Translations under genes and position numbers: made by a program
In this document: positions 59,920-64,000 of the stretch, piece by piece
Layout: each line of letters opens with the position of its first letter
How positions within the stretch are numbered: position 1 is the stretch's first letter
The notes under the pieces: model-generated
The model's database searches: none
Seen by the model: the letters and a program-made list of their open reading frames with translations, nothing else
What the model was told of the DNA's origin: nothing
Assembly: GCA_965222155.1 (NCBI GenBank)
Contig: CBDCTH010000012.1
Span: 1,344,001-1,408,000, forward strand
Length of the DNA stretch: 64,000 nt
Direction of reading: 5' to 3'
Source: Gammaproteobacteria bacterium
Lineage (GTDB): Bacteria > Pseudomonadota > Gammaproteobacteria > Eutrophobiales > Eutrophobiaceae

Positions 59920-61311
59920 CTAAGCCGGCAGGATGTTGGCGTTCAACCGGAACAGGTTGCCAGGGTCGTACTGTCGCTTGACCTCGCGCAGGCGCTGGTA
60001 ATTTACACCGTAGGTTTCCTTAACCAGGCCTTCGCCGTGTTCGTTGTAGGAAGTCATATTGAGGTAGCCGCCATTGCCGGACGAGAAACGGGCCACCATA
60101 TCGTCCCACACTTTGCGTGTCCAGGCGATGTTGGCAGCCGTGTCCCCGGGCTCTGTCCACGATGAGTTGAACTCCATGAGATACGGCATGGAGCGGCTGC
60201 CGAACGCTGTCGCGTCGGCATCGATACGGGAACTGGCGCCGCGCAAATCATGCAGTACGAACGGCGTGCGTTTGGCCGGGCGTTCATTAAAGACCGTGAT
60301 CAATGCATCGAACACATCGTCCGTCATACGATCAAGGTATAGCGATTTCCAGTAATTCAGCAGCTCACCTTTCGGCAGGTACACGTCGAACATTTGCTGC
60401 ACGGCCGTGAAAGGTCGTGGGGCACTGAGATCAATGAGCGGCGTCGCAAGTTCCCGCAAAGGCTGTACGTATCGCTCACCTTCATCGGCTGGTCCGGCGT
60501 AGACACCGGCCGGGATAACGACTTCCTCGCCACGCAGTTCCGGCGGGAAGGTGTCGTGATCCGGGATCGTCCAGAAAAAGAATTCGGTCGTGAACGCATC
60601 GGGCGCCGTCTGCATGAATTCCCGCCAACCCTGCAGGATGGCGCGCGCCTGCGTCCCGGCGTACACCGGTGCACAATGCATGACCACGGGTCCCAATGGG
60701 TGCAAGCGGAACTCGAAGGTCGTGACGATACCAAAATTACCCCCTCCGCCGCGTATTGCCCAGAAGAGATCCGGATTCTCCGATGCATTTGCATGGCGCA
60801 ACTCGCCATCGGCAGTGACGATATCGACACTGAGAATGTTATCGACACTCATCCCGTACTTGCCGCGCACCCAGCCAAATCCACCACCGAGTGCGAGACC
60901 GGCAATGCCCGTTTCCGACACCACGCCGGCCGGCGCCACCAGGCCAAACGGCTGGGTTTCGTGGTCGATGTCGCCCAGCGTGGCGCCACCGCTGACCCAG
61001 GCAATTCGCTGCCCGGCATCGACCCGGACGCCGCGCATCAGCGACAGGTCTATCATCAGACCACCATCACAACTGGCATTACCCGCCACCCCATGACCGC
61101 CGCCGCGAACGGCCGGCAACAGGTCGTTCTTACGCGCCGTATTAACGCAATAACGCACGTCGGCAACACCCGTGCAGCGCACGATTGCCGCCGGACGCTT
61201 GTCGATCATGCCGTTGTGCAGGACCCGCGTTTCGTCGTAGGCCGCGTCACCCTGGCATAACACCGCGCCGCGAACGTTGTCGCGTAAAGATTGGATAATG
61301 GATTCGTGCAT
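59920..61311 (-). CDS. FAD-linked oxidase, BBE/6-hydroxy-D-nicotine-oxidase-like
   Basis: RGGGHG covalent FAD His, LFWAIRGGGGNFG, YDPGNLFRLN. Confidence 0.9.
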   Translation of the reverse strand: MHESIIQSLRDNVRGAVLCQGDAAYDETRVLHNGMIDKRPAAIVRCTGVADVRYCVNTARKNDLLPAVRGGGHGVAGNASCDGGLMIDLSLMRGVRVDAGQRIAWVSGGATLGDIDHETQPFGLVAPAGVVSETGIAGLALGGGFGWVRGKYGMSVDNILSVDIVTADGELRHANASENPDLFWAIRGGGGNFGIVTTFEFRLHPLGPVVMHCAPVYAGTQARAILQGWREFMQTAPDAFTTEFFFWTIPDHDTFPPELRGEEVVIPAGVYAGPADEGERYVQPLRELATPLIDLSAPRPFTAVQQMFDVYLPKGELLNYWKSLYLDRMTDDVFDALITVFNERPAKRTPFVLHDLRGASSRIDADATAFGSRSMPYLMEFNSSWTEPGDTAANIAWTRKVWDDMVARFSSGNGGYLNMTSYNEHGEGLVKETYGVNYQRLREVKRQYDPGNLFRLNANILPA

Positions 61312-61339
61312 GTGTCGGATATTTTAGCGCAAAGTCAGT

Positions 61340-62317
61340 CTAATAACAGCCTGCGACACGCGCCCTTTGTTGTACTAGAGTCAATACCAGGTCGATTACC
61401 GGGGTTGCTACGCCAACCAGTTGTCCCAGTTCATTTACCACACCCAGAAGAGCATCGATTTCCATGGTCCTGCCGGCTTCAAGGTCCTGCAGCATGGATG
61501 TTTTATGGGCGCCGACAGCGGCAGCGCCATTGATCCTCTGTTCCACGTCAATGCCAAACCGGACCCCCAGCTTTTCACCGATAGCCTGTGCTTCCAGCAT
61601 CATGGATTTTGCTATACCGCGCGTACCCGCCTCAGTCGCAATCACATCCAGGGTTGCGTGTGTCAGTACACTGATGGGATTAAAGCAGAGGTTGCCCCAT
61701 AACTTCACCCAGATTTCATTGCGTACTTCAGACCTCACCGGTGATTTGAAACCTGCACTGATAAGCGCTTTGCTCAGTTGGATACAACGTTCCGATTTTT
61801 CACCGTCGGGTTCACCCAGGGTAAATCTGTTTCCCTCTATGTGTTTAATAACACCCGGTTCACTGATTTCACAGGCAGGGTAGACAACACAACCGATAAC
61901 ACGCTGCGGACCGATCTCATTCCATTGGCGGTTACCAGGATCAACACTTTTCAGCCGGTGATTCTCCCAGGGACCCTTGAGCCCGTAAAAATACCACCAG
62001 GGGATACCATTGGCTGTAGTTACTACACAGGTTCGCTCTCCCAGCAACGGTTGCATCGCATCCAGGACATTCGGCACCGATGGTGCTTTCAGCGTAATAA
62101 TCACATAATCCTGGGGACCCGCTTCAGCGGGATCATGCGTACACTGCGGATAAGCGGTTATTTCCTGCCCGTCAGAAATTATTTTCAAGCCGTTTTTTTT
62201 CATCGCCTGCAGGTGCGGTCCGCGGGCAACCAGGGTGACGTCAACCCCCGATAAGGATAGCCGGGCGCCCATATACCCCCCGATAGCGCCGGCGCCATAA
62301 ATACAGATTCGCATCAA
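61340..62317 (-). CDS. Ketopantoate-reductase-like protein (PanE2/oxalyl-CoA reductase-like)
   Basis: GAGAIGG, NGIPWWYF, WVKLWGN, HKTSMLQD; coupled to the CoA ligase. Confidence 0.85.
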   Translation of the reverse strand: MMRICIYGAGAIGGYMGARLSLSGVDVTLVARGPHLQAMKKNGLKIISDGQEITAYPQCTHDPAEAGPQDYVIITLKAPSVPNVLDAMQPLLGERTCVVTTANGIPWWYFYGLKGPWENHRLKSVDPGNRQWNEIGPQRVIGCVVYPACEISEPGVIKHIEGNRFTLGEPDGEKSERCIQLSKALISAGFKSPVRSEVRNEIWVKLWGNLCFNPISVLTHATLDVIATEAGTRGIAKSMMLEAQAIGEKLGVRFGIDVEQRINGAAAVGAHKTSMLQDLEAGRTMEIDALLGVVNELGQLVGVATPVIDLVLTLVQQRARVAGCY

Positions 62318-63846
62318 ACCAGCCCCAATTTCCCGGCCAGGCCTATTCGTTGTACTTTTCCGGTCGCGCCTTTCGGAATATCATCCAGCAGCAAGATTTT
62401 CTTTGGTACCTTAAAACCGGCCAGATATTCTGCGGCAAAGGCGCGAAGTTCACTCTCGCTTGCTGTCTGACCGTCTTTTAACACAACAGCAGCAGCCACT
62501 TCTTCGCCCAGTTTAGAGTGGGGGACGGCGAAGGTGACAGCCTGGTTCACCGCAGGGTGATCCAGCAAAATTTCATCCACTTCCCTTGGTGAAATCTTTT
62601 CTCCCCCCCGGTTTATGATTTCCTTTAAACGGCCGGTGATGGTCAGGTATCCGTCCTCATTCATAACTCCCTGATCACCGGTTCGGAACCAGCCGTCTAC
62701 AAAATTTTCCCGGTTTGCGGTCGGATTATTTTCATACCCGGCCGTGACGTTTTTCCCTTGAATCACTACCTCGCCGATGGAACCTGCCCGGAGCAGATTA
62801 CCGGTGTCGTCCATTATCGCCACCTTCGGCCCGGCGGCGATACCTACGGTACCGGGCTTTCTGGTTCCGGGGGGTAACGGATTGCTCGTCATCTGGTGGG
62901 AAGCTTCCGTCATCGCATAAGCCTCAATAACCGGTGATTTAAACGTCTCCTCCAACTCACTCATCACCTGGGGGGGTAATGACGACGATGAAGAACGAAT
63001 AAATCGCAAGGCGGAATTCATCGCTATCTGTTTATTTTTACCGGCTCTGGACAGAATTGCCTGGTGCATGGTCGGAACCGCGGTATACCAGCTTGGCTGC
63101 GCGTCCTCCAACCAGGCAAAAAATTTCAATGCATTAAACCCGGGAGTACAAAAGATACTCGCACCGGCGCAGATACTCGAGAGAACGGCTGCAATCAGGC
63201 CATGAATATGAAACAGGGGCATCACGTTCAAACAACGGTCTTCGGCTGTGAGGTTCAGGGTAGTACGGATATTTTCTGCACTGGCACAAATGTTCCTTTG
63301 CGTTAACGGGACAATCTTGGGCCGCGAAGTGGTCCCGGAAGTGTGTAAAACCAGGGCAATATCGTCTCCACCGGCAAATTCAGGGGGGATGACTGCCTGT
63401 TCCTGCTGCCGTTTATCGACAGGTTCCAGTTCAAATTCACCCGCGGTCAAAGAGGCCCCCTTTTTCAATGTCAATATGGGGATATGCAGATCCCGCGCAG
63501 CGTCAATTGACGGGGACTGACTGTTTTCTTCCACGATCAGCACAGCGGCCTTGAGGTCTGAAAGATAAAAATCAAATTCCGCCTTTTGATATGCAGGATT
63601 GAGGGGAGCGGCAGTGGCGGCACAGGAAGTTGCAATAAAACATGCCGCCATCTCAGGGCCGTTAGGCAATACGATCGCTACCCGGTCATTTCTGTGTATG
63701 CCATTCCGGTTCAGTGTTGCTACCGTGTTTTCAACCAGTTGCAGTAAATCGCCGTAGCTGAGGGCTTCCTGTCCGGGGGCGTTTATTACAGTGGATTCAC
63801 TGTTTGCCGCTTTTATTAATTCCAAAACAGGCGTAATTTCAGACAT
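62314..63846 (-). CDS. Oxalate--CoA ligase-like acyl-CoA synthetase
   Basis: LHTSGTTSRPK, MPLFHIHGL, WYTAVPTMHQ, YAMTEASHQM, PKGATGKVQR. Confidence 0.85.
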   Translation of the reverse strand: MSEITPVLELIKAANSESTVINAPGQEALSYGDLLQLVENTVATLNRNGIHRNDRVAIVLPNGPEMAACFIATSCAATAAPLNPAYQKAEFDFYLSDLKAAVLIVEENSQSPSIDAARDLHIPILTLKKGASLTAGEFELEPVDKRQQEQAVIPPEFAGGDDIALVLHTSGTTSRPKIVPLTQRNICASAENIRTTLNLTAEDRCLNVMPLFHIHGLIAAVLSSICAGASIFCTPGFNALKFFAWLEDAQPSWYTAVPTMHQAILSRAGKNKQIAMNSALRFIRSSSSSLPPQVMSELEETFKSPVIEAYAMTEASHQMTSNPLPPGTRKPGTVGIAAGPKVAIMDDTGNLLRAGSIGEVVIQGKNVTAGYENNPTANRENFVDGWFRTGDQGVMNEDGYLTITGRLKEIINRGGEKISPREVDEILLDHPAVNQAVTFAVPHSKLGEEVAAAVVLKDGQTASESELRAFAAEYLAGFKVPKKILLLDDIPKGATGKVQRIGLAGKLGLV

Positions 63847-64000
63847 CTTACATCCCGACCTTCGCATGGTTAATTCATGCAGTTTATAACATTATGCTGA
63901 AGGGAAGGCTACCGGGACGATACGGAATCCACGATCGCGACGACTTGTTAAACTTGACAAACTTCGTAGAAGACGGTGCCATTGGCTACAATTATAAATT

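Noticed and set aside
60394-61260. 288-aa plus-strand ORF
   Set aside because: Antisense shadow of the GC-rich FAD oxidase gene.
63945-63960. TTGTTAA-AC-TTGACAA imperfect palindrome as an operator
   Set aside because: Short, at the window edge, and no cognate regulator is visible.

Overview
A gene-dense chromosomal window, most likely from an environmental Gammaproteobacterium: it has the conserved uvrC-pgsA-tRNA(Gly,Cys,Leu) block, glcDEF and a divergent liuR/icmF pair. Around this core are catabolic modules: a MalT-type LuxR regulator with a hydantoinase-like/DUF917/TonB-receptor/MOSC operon, a Rieske dioxygenase, CoA ligases, an oxalyl-CoA pair, Tat-signal enzymes with ActP, and two tandem QueG-like Fe-S proteins. 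The window also holds about seven toxin-antitoxin modules or remnants, several gene relics and several families of small repeats/MITEs, two copies of which have verifiable 9-bp target-site duplications. Most notable: (1) a dead IS4-family element (58552-59873) whose lesions are overwhelmingly A:T->C:G transversions while neighbouring genes look intact, suggesting element-targeted hypermutation; (2) a three-gene MqsR-like/MqsA-like/KGGVGR-type ParA-TPR operon, a candidate defence system; (3) a paralogous QueG/RdhA-like pair with remodelled Fe-S motifs and a small partner protein; (4) normally cytoplasmic enzymes carrying export signals. All family calls come from motif recognition by eye, with no database searches.
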